Part shown: piece after piece, positions 55,129-64,000 of the stretch
Numbering within the stretch: position 1 is the first letter of the stretch
Layout: each line of letters starts with the position of its first letter
IMG/VR virus record: IMGVR_UViG_3300035666_000002
Length of the DNA: 64,000 bases
Direction: 5' to 3' (one strand)
From: a virus
Notes under the pieces: model-generated
Told to the model about the DNA's origin: nothing
Seen by the model: the letters and a program-made list of their open reading frames with translations, nothing else
Databases searched by the model: none
Program-made: the position numbers and the translations under genes

Positions 55129-56802
55129 TTAGAATCTTCCGACAACTTCTTCAAACGCAACACCCGTTCTAACAGCAACGAAATTGAGTTGAATAAAGTT
55201 AATCGAACGAGCAGGTTTAATATAGATGTCACCGATAAATTCATTGCGATCAATAACTTCAGGTGTGTTATTTGTAATATCGCAAACAACACGGAAATCA
55301 TAAATGCCGCGGCGACCCTGGACTTCTCTTAGGTATGGCTCAACAAGATTTACAAAGGCTGCGCGAGTAAATTCATCATTGAATTCAAACAGAGATGAAC
55401 GTGCTGCGCGAGCAATAGATTTCTCAAGAACAATAAACAAACGACGAACATTGATTCTGTCAAATGCACTTGGTCTGCTTAAAAGAGTCTTATCGCCATA
55501 TAGAATAGTACCTTCACCCGGGAAAGTAACTACAGGATTGACACCAACTTTGTACAAAGCATCTCTATTAGCTTTGGTTGGATTCCATGCTAACTTAACA
55601 ACATTCTTGATAATTCCTCTGTTTACGCCTGCTGGTGAGAACCAAGGATCACGCTCACTGTCGGTACGAGCGCAAAGCCCTGCAATGTCTCCGTTTAATG
55701 GAATCCAACGATAAACATCGTTATATTTGTCGTATTGGTATTTCCATCCGCTATCCATCACTGCATAGGAAGATTTTGTGTAAGTTCCAGCAGTAGAAGC
55801 AACATCGGTATCTTCACTGCCAGAATTGTCAACTACATCACTAAATTCTGGTGAAACAAACACGACACAATCTTTTCTCGATTCTGCTATACCAATTAAA
55901 TAATTTGGTGTATCGGTACCAGTTGTTGCTCCTGCCATCAGAAGAGATACATCTACAGAGTCAGGATTTTCAAACAAATCTAAAGATGTATTGACATTAG
56001 CTGCCGAAGCTACAGCATCTACACCACCAGCTAAGTTATATATTGCATTAGCGGCAACAGGTGCTGAGGTATAACTTGCGATATTGGTTGTTGCCTGTCC
56101 CCAATTCGTATTACCTACATGCCCACCCCACCAGATATATTTTGATCGACTATTTAAAACATCTTTATAATAGTTGCTTGATCCATCAGAATTTTTAGCA
56201 TCACTCGCTTTAGATACATAACCAAATTTTTCAAGAACAGTATTCGCTGTTCCAGAAATTGCTCCGGATCTATCAATTACAATAATATGTAACTCATCAT
56301 CTGTTGAACTATTTCCGGAAGCATAAGCAGAAGTTCCTGGTGTAGAATCGAATTGGTTTTCATATGTCCAACCAGAATATGAAGATGAATCTACGAAAGA
56401 AACACGTATCGAATTTCCTAATGTTCCTGGGTATTTTGCGTAAAATAAGTTTGCGGAGTTAGCACTATGATTTACAAGATAATCATTTTCGTTTTCAATC
56501 AAGACTGGAGTTCCGGTGGAAATAGTAGCGTTTAGAGCACCACTTCCAACTGATCTGATAACTCTTAAATCTGTACCATATGCAAGGAAGTTTGCACATG
56601 TGAAAAATGCATTTGCTGTATTATCATCAGGTTTACCAAAAACCTGTGCTAATTGGAGTTCGTTGTTGATAACCGTAACTTCGTTGACTGGTCCCCACTT
56701 GAAATATCCAGCAAAACCACCCACGGTAGTTGCAACAGACGGTACAACTGTTGTCAAGTCTACTTCGGAGACATTAACTCCTGGTGACAGTTGAAAAGCC
56801 AT
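55129..56802 (-). CDS. gp18: Tail sheath protein gp18
   Basis: SPGV...E.D, WFSPAG..RG, GDKT and FDRINVRRLF. Confidence 0.97.
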   Translation of the reverse strand: MAFQLSPGVNVSEVDLTTVVPSVATTVGGFAGYFKWGPVNEVTVINNELQLAQVFGKPDDNTANAFFTCANFLAYGTDLRVIRSVGSGALNATISTGTPVLIENENDYLVNHSANSANLFYAKYPGTLGNSIRVSFVDSSSYSGWTYENQFDSTPGTSAYASGNSSTDDELHIIVIDRSGAISGTANTVLEKFGYVSKASDAKNSDGSSNYYKDVLNSRSKYIWWGGHVGNTNWGQATTNIASYTSAPVAANAIYNLAGGVDAVASAANVNTSLDLFENPDSVDVSLLMAGATTGTDTPNYLIGIAESRKDCVVFVSPEFSDVVDNSGSEDTDVASTAGTYTKSSYAVMDSGWKYQYDKYNDVYRWIPLNGDIAGLCARTDSERDPWFSPAGVNRGIIKNVVKLAWNPTKANRDALYKVGVNPVVTFPGEGTILYGDKTLLSRPSAFDRINVRRLFIVLEKSIARAARSSLFEFNDEFTRAAFVNLVEPYLREVQGRRGIYDFRVVCDITNNTPEVIDRNEFIGDIYIKPARSINFIQLNFVAVRTGVAFEEVVGRF

Positions 56803-56852
56803 TTTCTGTTCTCCTTATTTTATAGAACTTTTTTATTTTCCTATTTATTATT

Positions 56853-58487
56853 TTAGAAAGTTGAAGGTATATACCCACGATTTCTTACTGTTGTCCACAA
56901 ATCTCTTCCATCAGATTCTCTTTCTTCTTGTAGACCGTCATTTAATTCACCTATAGGCAACATTTCTTCTTCTAACTGAAGATTTCTTTCTTCTAAAAGT
57001 CTCTGACGAACATCTGAATCCGTCAATTCTCTGAAATAGCTTTGAACTGTTAACCAAGAAAACAATACTAAAGTCATTACAATATCATCATTATTTCCTT
57101 CTTCTGCCTTGTACGAATCTTTATCTCTTACAAAAGTATTAAATTCTGCGATGGTATCAAAATCATTCGTAACTAACTTATCCGTTTCAATTAGAGTTTT
57201 TAAGTTAGCACATCCTATTTTCTTTACCGATTTGGATGTCTTAATTCCATATGATGCTCCTTTTTTAAATCCTGATGCTATATGAACACCTTTTATGTCG
57301 TGACTTTCTATTCTGAAAATGTTTTCATACTCTAAATCATAATGTAAAATGTCAACAACTTGTTGCCCAACATTATTTGTTTCTACAAGTATAAATGCTC
57401 GATTATATCTATTCGCTATATTATAGACATATGTAGGAAAAATCAAAGGTGATATCTTATTGTCTCTATATTTTGCAACGTGCTTATAAGGAAGCTCGGT
57501 CACATCCAATATTGAAACAACGGAATAATCTCTATCAACTCCTTCAGCACAATCTACTATAGCAATATACGTATGCCCTTTCTTAGGTTCTTCGTAGATA
57601 TCTATATTTTCTTCTTTTTTAATCGGATTTGTGAATACTAAAGTTTTAAGTTTAGCTCCAGGAATTAATGTCGCACTTGATCCTATAAATTCAGTTTCAA
57701 ATTCTTGTCTGAACTGTTCTTCGCTTGTGTTGCGAATGGTTTCTTCTCTCCACTTTTCATCTCTTCCTGGAACCATCGACCAATGAACTTCAAAAGGAAC
57801 ATAAAGTGAACGTTTCTCTACGGCATCCGTCCACATCTTATAGAACTGATTTAGACCATTCGGTGTTGAGACAATGATAACTTTGGTTGTATTACCTGAA
57901 GATATAACAGGGTACGTAGCAGTAAAGAATTCCACTGCCATGTTTTGTGGGACGAAGGCAAATTCATCTAAGAAAATTAAATTGTAAGAACCACCTCGAA
58001 CACCTGAAGAACTTGTAGCATAAGCAGAAATTTCGGAACCATTTTCAAGAACAATGTTGCCTTTATTCCACTCCAAAATTCCTTGTTGGAGCCAAATCGG
58101 AAGAAATTCATAAGCATACTTTATTCTTCCTAAAATATCTCTAGCAAGATCACCTTTATTCGCTAAGATAGCAATCTTATAATCATCAGTAAATAGAATC
58201 GACCAAAGCATGAATGCTGCAACGGTAGTAGTCTTACCTACCTGACGAGGCATCTTACATATGGAGAAACGATTACTATGAAAACCTTGAACCATTTCCT
58301 CTTGGAAAGGCCACATTTCAAAAGGAACAAGACCTTTATCTACGTTAACAATTCGAACGTACTTTTTGATAAAGTAAAGAGGTTCTTTAATACATTTAGT
58401 AATCTCAATTAGTTGATCTCGGGAGTATTCAATTTCTACTCCCGATCTTTTTAAATTTGGATTACCTAGATAGCCACCTGCTGACAT
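56853..58487 (-). CDS. gp17: Terminase large subunit gp17
   Basis: YLGNPNLK, RQVGKTT, LDEFAF, STPNG and DD.VM. Confidence 0.98.
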   Translation of the reverse strand: MSAGGYLGNPNLKRSGVEIEYSRDQLIEITKCIKEPLYFIKKYVRIVNVDKGLVPFEMWPFQEEMVQGFHSNRFSICKMPRQVGKTTTVAAFMLWSILFTDDYKIAILANKGDLARDILGRIKYAYEFLPIWLQQGILEWNKGNIVLENGSEISAYATSSSGVRGGSYNLIFLDEFAFVPQNMAVEFFTATYPVISSGNTTKVIIVSTPNGLNQFYKMWTDAVEKRSLYVPFEVHWSMVPGRDEKWREETIRNTSEEQFRQEFETEFIGSSATLIPGAKLKTLVFTNPIKKEENIDIYEEPKKGHTYIAIVDCAEGVDRDYSVVSILDVTELPYKHVAKYRDNKISPLIFPTYVYNIANRYNRAFILVETNNVGQQVVDILHYDLEYENIFRIESHDIKGVHIASGFKKGASYGIKTSKSVKKIGCANLKTLIETDKLVTNDFDTIAEFNTFVRDKDSYKAEEGNNDDIVMTLVLFSWLTVQSYFRELTDSDVRQRLLEERNLQLEEEMLPIGELNDGLQEERESDGRDLWTTVRNRGYIPSTF

Positions 58488-58921
58488 TACTTAGTTAAAC
58501 TCTTCAACATCCAAGCGTGTTTTTGATGTGCATCTAAAAGTTCTTGTAGAAAGTTGCTTATCGCAGACTCATCAGCAACATCAGCAGCAGCAATACCCGC
58601 TCTCAAATGAAAAATATATTTGTCATTAGATTGTGCTAAATCTCTTAACATTGTCATAGCATCAGGAATATTTTCGTTTTCCAAAACATCAGACAATTCG
58701 TGTATTCGTGATAAATTTGCTGGAGCATAAGCACCCAACATACGGATCTTTTCAGCAATCAAATCTGTTTGATTCCAAACGGCAGTATAAAATTGCCCAA
58801 GAAAATCGTGGTATTGTAAAAAGTCCGGACCTTCTACATTCCAGTGAAATGAATGTGCCTTAAAATAAAGACCAAAATTTGTTCCTAAAATGGTTCTCAT
58901 TTGTTCAATTAAAGTTTCCAT
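58487..58921 (-). CDS. dps: Dps-family DNA-binding ferritin-like protein
   Basis: KAHSFHWNVEGPDF..YH, D..AE.IR.LG and H.K..WML. Confidence 0.92.
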   Translation of the reverse strand: METLIEQMRTILGTNFGLYFKAHSFHWNVEGPDFLQYHDFLGQFYTAVWNQTDLIAEKIRMLGAYAPANLSRIHELSDVLENENIPDAMTMLRDLAQSNDKYIFHLRAGIAAADVADESAISNFLQELLDAHQKHAWMLKSLTK

Positions 58922-58923
58922 TT

Positions 58924-59310
58924 TTATCCTATCTGTTTTATTTGTTTAATTAAATCTGCTGTAGATCCAACGAAAACTGCTTTGTCAACATTGACAACCG
59001 AAGTCTCTTTTACTGGAACTAAATCTCTTTTCTTCTTTTGCAATTCAATCAAGTCTTTATTGATATCAGACATATTTTTTATCAAAGTGGCTGCAACTTC
59101 ATATGCTCTAGGATGATCCGTTGCTTTTGCTACTTCTAATATATTGTCTACTGCAATCTTACCTTTTTCTGCTAAATCTCTTATATTTTGTCTAGCGAAT
59201 TCAAAATCTGAATCTACTTCTGTAGGTATCACTTCTGGTAAAGAAGATTCTCCTTTACCTAAAGGTTCGATATCAAATAATCTGGATAAATTTTCATCTG
59301 TTTTTTTCAT
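58924..59310 (-). CDS. gp16: Terminase small subunit gp16
   Basis: DFEFAR.N, HPRAYEV and FVGSTADL. Confidence 0.92.
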   Translation of the reverse strand: MKKTDENLSRLFDIEPLGKGESSLPEVIPTEVDSDFEFARQNIRDLAEKGKIAVDNILEVAKATDHPRAYEVAATLIKNMSDINKDLIELQKKKRDLVPVKETSVVNVDKAVFVGSTADLIKQIKQIG

Positions 59311-60314
59311 GATAAGTTATTGGGAAATTCTTCTATGGTTTCAATAAATCCAAAATCATCATCTGGTGTAGCACCAAAAGGATCAACTTCAGTTACTATA
59401 GACACACTTTTTATTGGATTCAAATCTATCGTATCAACAGTATATGTGGCGTTCGAAAAGTCACCTACAACAATATCATTCTCTTCTAAAGATTCAGACA
59501 TATCAGAAACAACTAAAGTTCCTATGCTGTTATTTGAGAAATAAACAACTGTTCCTGTTTTGTTTTTTGAAACTACCCGAATAGTTTCTCCTGTAGTGTA
59601 AACACCATTACCAGTATTCATATCAACATAGACTTTTTGTATATTTGTATTTCTACTGTCGGTATAAATGTTAGTGTTTGCTCTCTTTATTATCTTATCG
59701 TTACCAAAGTTAACAGGCGGAAATATATAACCTTTCATCGTGAAAGTTAAGTTCCAGATAACTAAGCGAGTTGATGACATATCTCCTTCATATTCTATTT
59801 GAGGAGAAACTGAATCTAAAGTGATAGGTAAGTCAAATTTTCTTCCCAAAGACGGAATCAAATCTGCTGTAACCGTAAAGTCAGGTGTAAAGAAAGGTAA
59901 AATCTGTTCGAGTATCTGTGTACCATCTTCTTGATTTCTTACGAAAATGCTCAAGTCGAATTCGAAATTATATGGTATCGGAGAATACTGAGAGTTTACG
60001 GAATTAGTAACAGAATTAACTGCGAAATTTTTATTCAGAGTATTCATCTTTCTAGATGAATCGTAGTTGATACCTACCAAATCGAATGCAATTCTAGGTA
60101 CATAAACATTTATTGATTTCGTCAAGTCTGGGTCGGAAAATAAACGAGTTATATATTTTTCTTTTGAACCATAAGAAAGCGGAACTCTAGTTCTCTCGAA
60201 TTCTTCCGTACCTGCTTTGTTATATCTGACTAAAGTTATATCATTGAAAAGAGTTCCGAAAGCAGTAATCATCTTTCGAATTGTTCTATTATAAAAATGT
60301 GAATTTCCTAACAT
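59307..60314 (-). CDS. gp15: Tail sheath stabilizer/completion protein gp15
   Basis: FG.LFN.I, VPL.YG.KEK, QILEQILPFF.P and F..KG. Confidence 0.93.
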   Translation of the reverse strand: MLGNSHFYNRTIRKMITAFGTLFNDITLVRYNKAGTEEFERTRVPLSYGSKEKYITRLFSDPDLTKSINVYVPRIAFDLVGINYDSSRKMNTLNKNFAVNSVTNSVNSQYSPIPYNFEFDLSIFVRNQEDGTQILEQILPFFTPDFTVTADLIPSLGRKFDLPITLDSVSPQIEYEGDMSSTRLVIWNLTFTMKGYIFPPVNFGNDKIIKRANTNIYTDSRNTNIQKVYVDMNTGNGVYTTGETIRVVSKNKTGTVVYFSNNSIGTLVVSDMSESLEENDIVVGDFSNATYTVDTIDLNPIKSVSIVTEVDPFGATPDDDFGFIETIEEFPNNLS

Positions 60315-61219
60315 TATGCCTCACCAAAAGGATTTTTCTCTGTCCAATCCAAAATAGAATCTGCTTCAGTTTCAATAATTTTATTATCTGAAATATCTTC
60401 AAATACATTTTCATCAACTTGTGTGTCGGTATCTGCAAGTAGTACACTTCTGAGTGTCGAACTTGTATTACCTTTAATTTCACCTGTATTAAAGGTGCCT
60501 TGAATTCTTATTACATTTACGTGAGTATGTGGCTCATAAGAATGAACGATAGCTTGAGCGTTCGCTGTTGCTAATGTTGTCCCTTGATAAATGATTTCAC
60601 CGGGAACAAACGATCCTGTACTTGCTGGGAACACAGAATTATTAGCTAAGAACAATCTGGTTCTACGATATTCGTCAAATGCTTGACCATCCACTTCTTC
60701 AACACCAGTTGAAATAATCTCTTCACTGAACACATATTGTTTCATCTTCAACGCATAAACATAAACATTACCTCCGCGACCTCTACCTAATGTGTAGAAC
60801 ATAGCTTGGTCGTTTTCGTGCTCAACAAAAGTAATCTCGAAAAAGTTTTGCACAAGAGGGATGTATACCAAATCACCTTCTCTAGGTCTTGTAAGTGGCA
60901 CAGTATATTTAAATCTTCTTCTTGAAACTAATAGTGTAACCTCATCTCGAATTTCTAATCCAAATTTTGAAATGAAGTCACCTTCACCGTCCATGCCTGT
61001 GACGTTTTCCATATACATCTCAAGACCATGTGCAGTTCTATATTCTTTTAATGGATCTTCACCATAAAGCATATCGACTTGATCACGACTTGTTCTAGGT
61101 AAGTAATAGACATCCATGCCATGAATCTGCATAGCTTCAATGACCAAATCTTCAACTAGTAATTGCTCACTAGTTATTTGATGTTGTGGAAAATTATTGA
61201 AATAAAAATTAGTAGGCAT
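60314..61219 (-). CDS. gp14: Neck protein gp14
   Basis: G.DVYYLPR, SKFGLEI.DE, RP.EGDL.Y.P and NPFG. Confidence 0.93.
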   Translation of the reverse strand: MPTNFYFNNFPQHQITSEQLLVEDLVIEAMQIHGMDVYYLPRTSRDQVDMLYGEDPLKEYRTAHGLEMYMENVTGMDGEGDFISKFGLEIRDEVTLLVSRRRFKYTVPLTRPREGDLVYIPLVQNFFEITFVEHENDQAMFYTLGRGRGGNVYVYALKMKQYVFSEEIISTGVEEVDGQAFDEYRRTRLFLANNSVFPASTGSFVPGEIIYQGTTLATANAQAIVHSYEPHTHVNVIRIQGTFNTGEIKGNTSSTLRSVLLADTDTQVDENVFEDISDNKIIETEADSILDWTEKNPFGEA

Positions 61220-61220
61220 A

Positions 61221-62174
61221 TTAACCTATGAATATTTCGCTTGGCATGGAAAGAGTGCTCTTTGCATCTTCTTCCAGCGATTCAATTTCTTCTTTAGCTT
61301 CTTGCATAATTCTTGGACCATCAAGCGTCACACCACCAGGCATTTGAATACCTGCAAATTTACTTAGGTTTGAACCCCACTGATATTTGATTTTAGCTGT
61401 AGCATATGCTTTTAAAAATCTATCATTCCAAACATCCGGAAATCCTGTCACAGTCATTGCATTTCCGCTGGAACTTGTGGCATACGATGAGCTAACATTC
61501 AAAGAAGTGTCACTATCTATTGTTATAATTCTTTTTGATTCATTAGCAATTACGATTTCATCACCAATTGAAACTTCGGAAGTAAATGACGTTCCGCTAC
61601 CCACAACTGTATTCGAAGAAGTAGAAATCGTTGCGGTTCCAGTTAAAGTTTTATTGTCTGGTGATATGTATCTATAACATTCAATGATGATATATTCATC
61701 AGGTTTAACATCTCTCGTCCAATCTATATCAAGATACAACCTGTCCATCTTTCTATTGAATCTAATTTGAGGTGTTCCAGAGAATAAAAGATTCAAAGTT
61801 CGAATATGTTGCATTGTAATTTCATACGAAACATAGGAAACAGAGGTAAAATCGTAAAGGTCGTGTAATCTAAGTTGATATCTCAAATCAAACATATTAA
61901 CTGACGAATTCGATTGATCAAACGGCAAAATACCAACAATAAATTGTATTGCATCTGGGCAAGGAATCCACTGACGATCTATATCAGTCTGTGTCAACTT
62001 GTGTTTCAAATACATTTGCTGAGTGCCGTCATAGTGATAATCATTGAAAAATGCTAGTGCATCATCAATTCTATCTTCTACCTGATCGTCATCTACGTTA
62101 ATTTGAATAACAGGATGACCTAAACGGCGCAAGCAATAGTCTCTAAACTGCGATCTTGTTGTTATTTTTGCCAT
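61221..62174 (-). CDS. gp13: Neck protein gp13
   Basis: YCLRRLG.PVI.INV, QWG.NL.KF and PGGVTL.G. Confidence 0.94.
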   Translation of the reverse strand: MAKITTRSQFRDYCLRRLGHPVIQINVDDDQVEDRIDDALAFFNDYHYDGTQQMYLKHKLTQTDIDRQWIPCPDAIQFIVGILPFDQSNSSVNMFDLRYQLRLHDLYDFTSVSYVSYEITMQHIRTLNLLFSGTPQIRFNRKMDRLYLDIDWTRDVKPDEYIIIECYRYISPDNKTLTGTATISTSSNTVVGSGTSFTSEVSIGDEIVIANESKRIITIDSDTSLNVSSSYATSSSGNAMTVTGFPDVWNDRFLKAYATAKIKYQWGSNLSKFAGIQMPGGVTLDGPRIMQEAKEEIESLEEDAKSTLSMPSEIFIG

Positions 62175-62197
62175 ATAATACCTACAGTTTTATGAGG

Positions 62198-62205
62198 TAT
62201 TTATA
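62198..62205 (-). promoter_or_regulatory. T4-type late promoter TATAAATA
   Basis: Exact consensus upstream of gp13. Confidence 0.8.
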
Positions 62206-63475
62206 TTCTCAACGGACCAGGTAATCTAGGCATACCTTCTTTTATGGCTACAAGCCAAGCGTCCGTGACGCAAACGTTAAGATTTTTCAGCCAATCATTA
62301 GGAAACCATGTTAGTTTTCTATATTCCTGAAATCGAATAGTTTTGTTTTCGATAAAATTGGCCAGATATGCGTCTGTGTAATACAAGAAACTATTCTCAT
62401 TCCAATAACTAACATGAGTGGGATCCTGAAATGCACCTCTTCCGTCTGTACTTGGAACTTGAATAAAAGCCCAACCTCCAGGAGCTAAAACTCTATGAAT
62501 CTCTTTCATTATTTCAGTTTTGTCTTTTAAATGTTCAAGAATATGACTGGCATTAATGACTCCAACAGTGTTGTCTGGAAGAGGAATGCCATTATTTAAA
62601 TCGTGAACGATGTCTGCATCCGATCTTAAATCAATTGCAACATAATTAGGATAAGGATTCAATCCTCCACCCAAATCTACACACAACAAATTCTTGTCTT
62701 TTGCATCTTTTTCAGCTAGTTTCTGTGCATACTGAGCAAACAATTCTACAGTCTTAACTTGAATCGCTTCGTTTCTTTCCAACCAAGTATTGTTTCCTGT
62801 GATTCTATAAATGTAAAGAACTTTAGGAACTCGTTTCATTTTTGTTGTTAGATATGTTCGAATACAAAGTTCATGATCGTCACAAATTGAAAGTGTTGGA
62901 TTGTGCCCTCCGAGCTTTTGATAAACTGATCTTTTCCAACTTCTAATATGATCGGGAGCATACCAAATATAACCCAGAGAATGTGAAGATGGCTCAAAAC
63001 TATCCATCGCAATTAATTGCTTGCCTTTCCAATCAAATGTTCTGTGTGTCCATCCATAACTTTGATCATAAGGAACAAATTCATCTTTCATATGAAGAAC
63101 AGCATTATCACTGTAAACAAAACCTACATCAGGTTCTTGGAAAGCAATAAACAATTCTTGTAAACAATCCGGTGTCAACAAATCATCATGATCAACTTCA
63201 ACAAGAATGTTGCCGGTACCAGAGTTAAAAGCTTTATTCTTAATTGCTCCAACTTTTGTTTCACCACTTCCATCATAAAAAACTTTTACTTTAGGATCTT
63301 TTACTATTACTTCAGGTAAAAAATCTTCTGTGCATTTATTGTTTAAGTATAGAACCCATTCCCAATCTGTGTATGTTTGTGCTTTAATTGTGTCGTACAA
63401 CTCAAGCAAAAAAGGAATATTATTAGGGTCGTGTTCAGGTGTGATAATGCTAAATTTCATAATATACTCACTCAA
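62201..63475 (-). CDS. GT2 glycosyltransferase fused to a SAM-dependent methyltransferase
   Basis: SIITP, QTY..WEW, DHDD and DD; DLGGG, SHILEH, HRVLAPGG and DPTH. Confidence 0.85.
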   Translation of the reverse strand: MSEYIMKFSIITPEHDPNNIPFLLELYDTIKAQTYTDWEWVLYLNNKCTEDFLPEVIVKDPKVKVFYDGSGETKVGAIKNKAFNSGTGNILVEVDHDDLLTPDCLQELFIAFQEPDVGFVYSDNAVLHMKDEFVPYDQSYGWTHRTFDWKGKQLIAMDSFEPSSHSLGYIWYAPDHIRSWKRSVYQKLGGHNPTLSICDDHELCIRTYLTTKMKRVPKVLYIYRITGNNTWLERNEAIQVKTVELFAQYAQKLAEKDAKDKNLLCVDLGGGLNPYPNYVAIDLRSDADIVHDLNNGIPLPDNTVGVINASHILEHLKDKTEIMKEIHRVLAPGGWAFIQVPSTDGRGAFQDPTHVSYWNENSFLYYTDAYLANFIENKTIRFQEYRKLTWFPNDWLKNLNVCVTDAWLVAIKEGMPRLPGPLRI

Positions 63476-63998
63476 AGAAAAATAAATGTGTCAATCTTCC
63501 ATTTTGTTCATTTTGCCCAAAATAAGGACCAGCAGAATGAATCGCTCTCGCATCCATAATTAGAAGTCTATTGTATATATTTCCAATATTATCGACAGTA
63601 TCGAATTTGGTGCTGTCATAAAAACCATAAGAAAAGGAGTTGTCGATACCCTCTTCGGTCGAATGTCGAAGCCCGGTTATTTTCGATTTGTGCGATCTGG
63701 TACCGCTTTCTAAAGGAGCATTGGGTGTCAAGTAAATCATGCCTGCCCATCTTTGTTGATCATAATGATAAACTTGAGGATCATTTGATGTCGTTATTTG
63801 AAAAACTCCATTATAGCCATCATCCCACAAAGTAATTGTTTCACCTATAATTCTTTCAAATGTTCTCTTAATCGAATGTGGTCTATACGTATCTTTTGAT
63901 CTGAGACCTTTATACCATCTTATGTCTGCTTGATATTCAACACTTAAAGCATAATTTCGAATTTCATCAGGATTGTCATAAAAATTATCAACGACAAA
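63468..63998 (-). CDS. 2OG-Fe(II) oxygenase-like protein (DUF6445-like), 5' end beyond the window
   Basis: Frame stays open to the edge: VVDNFYDNPDEIR..AL...YKG.RS; HYD, AG.IYL.P, N..NR...H and R....FF. Confidence 0.7.
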   Translation of the reverse strand, partial: FVVDNFYDNPDEIRNYALSVEYQADIRWYKGLRSKDTYRPHSIKRTFERIIGETITLWDDGYNGVFQITTSNDPQVYHYDQQRWAGMIYLTPNAPLESGTRSHKSKITGLRHSTEEGIDNSFSYGFYDSTKFDTVDNIGNIYNRLLIMDARAIHSAGPYFGQNEQNGRLTHLFFFE

Positions 63999-64000
63999 AA

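Noticed and set aside
1-64000. tRNA/rRNA genes, introns, inteins, integrase or alternative genetic code
   Set aside because: Intergenic gaps are short with no cloverleaf seen; core genes (gp43, gp41, gp17, gp20, gp23) are full-length and uninterrupted in the standard code

Overview
This window is a 64-kb segment of a large T4-like (myovirus) phage genome, AT-rich, with every supportable gene on the - strand. In transcription order (right to left) it holds: glycosyl/methyltransferase and oxygenase genes; neck, tail and head genes (gp13-14-15-16, dps, gp17-18-19-20, 67/68-like, gp21-22-23, gp3); uvsY and uvsW; gp55, gp47 and gp46; an accessory block (def, T4 beta-glucosyltransferase-like, DUF4338/DruA-like, CobT/CobS-like); gp45-44-62 and regA; stress and nucleotide genes (hsp20, rubrerythrin, rubredoxin, dCMP deaminase, MazG-likes); gp43, uvsX, gp40 and gp41; an 8-kb NDP-sugar/glycosyltransferase cluster; putative internal-head proteins; and a GH19 endolysin with a spanin pair, which implies a Gram-negative host. 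The leading candidate for an undescribed system is a set of capsid-targeted modular polyproteins. They carry T4 IP-like N-terminal tags and repeated EEVEQ(L/I/V)DE linkers matching prohead-protease specificity, and their modules include an intact antitoxin-less HicA RNase and a nucleotidyltransferase plus zeta-like kinase. Other leads: an overprinted gene with its own RBS, a BGT-like plus DUF4338 putative DNA-modification pair, an isomerase-kinase-phosphatase-nucleotidyltransferase sugar pathway, an H-type pseudoknot in the hsp20 leader, promoters with the -35 box in a hairpin loop, and a perfect antisense sigma70 promoter. Family calls come from motif recognition and recall, not from database searches.
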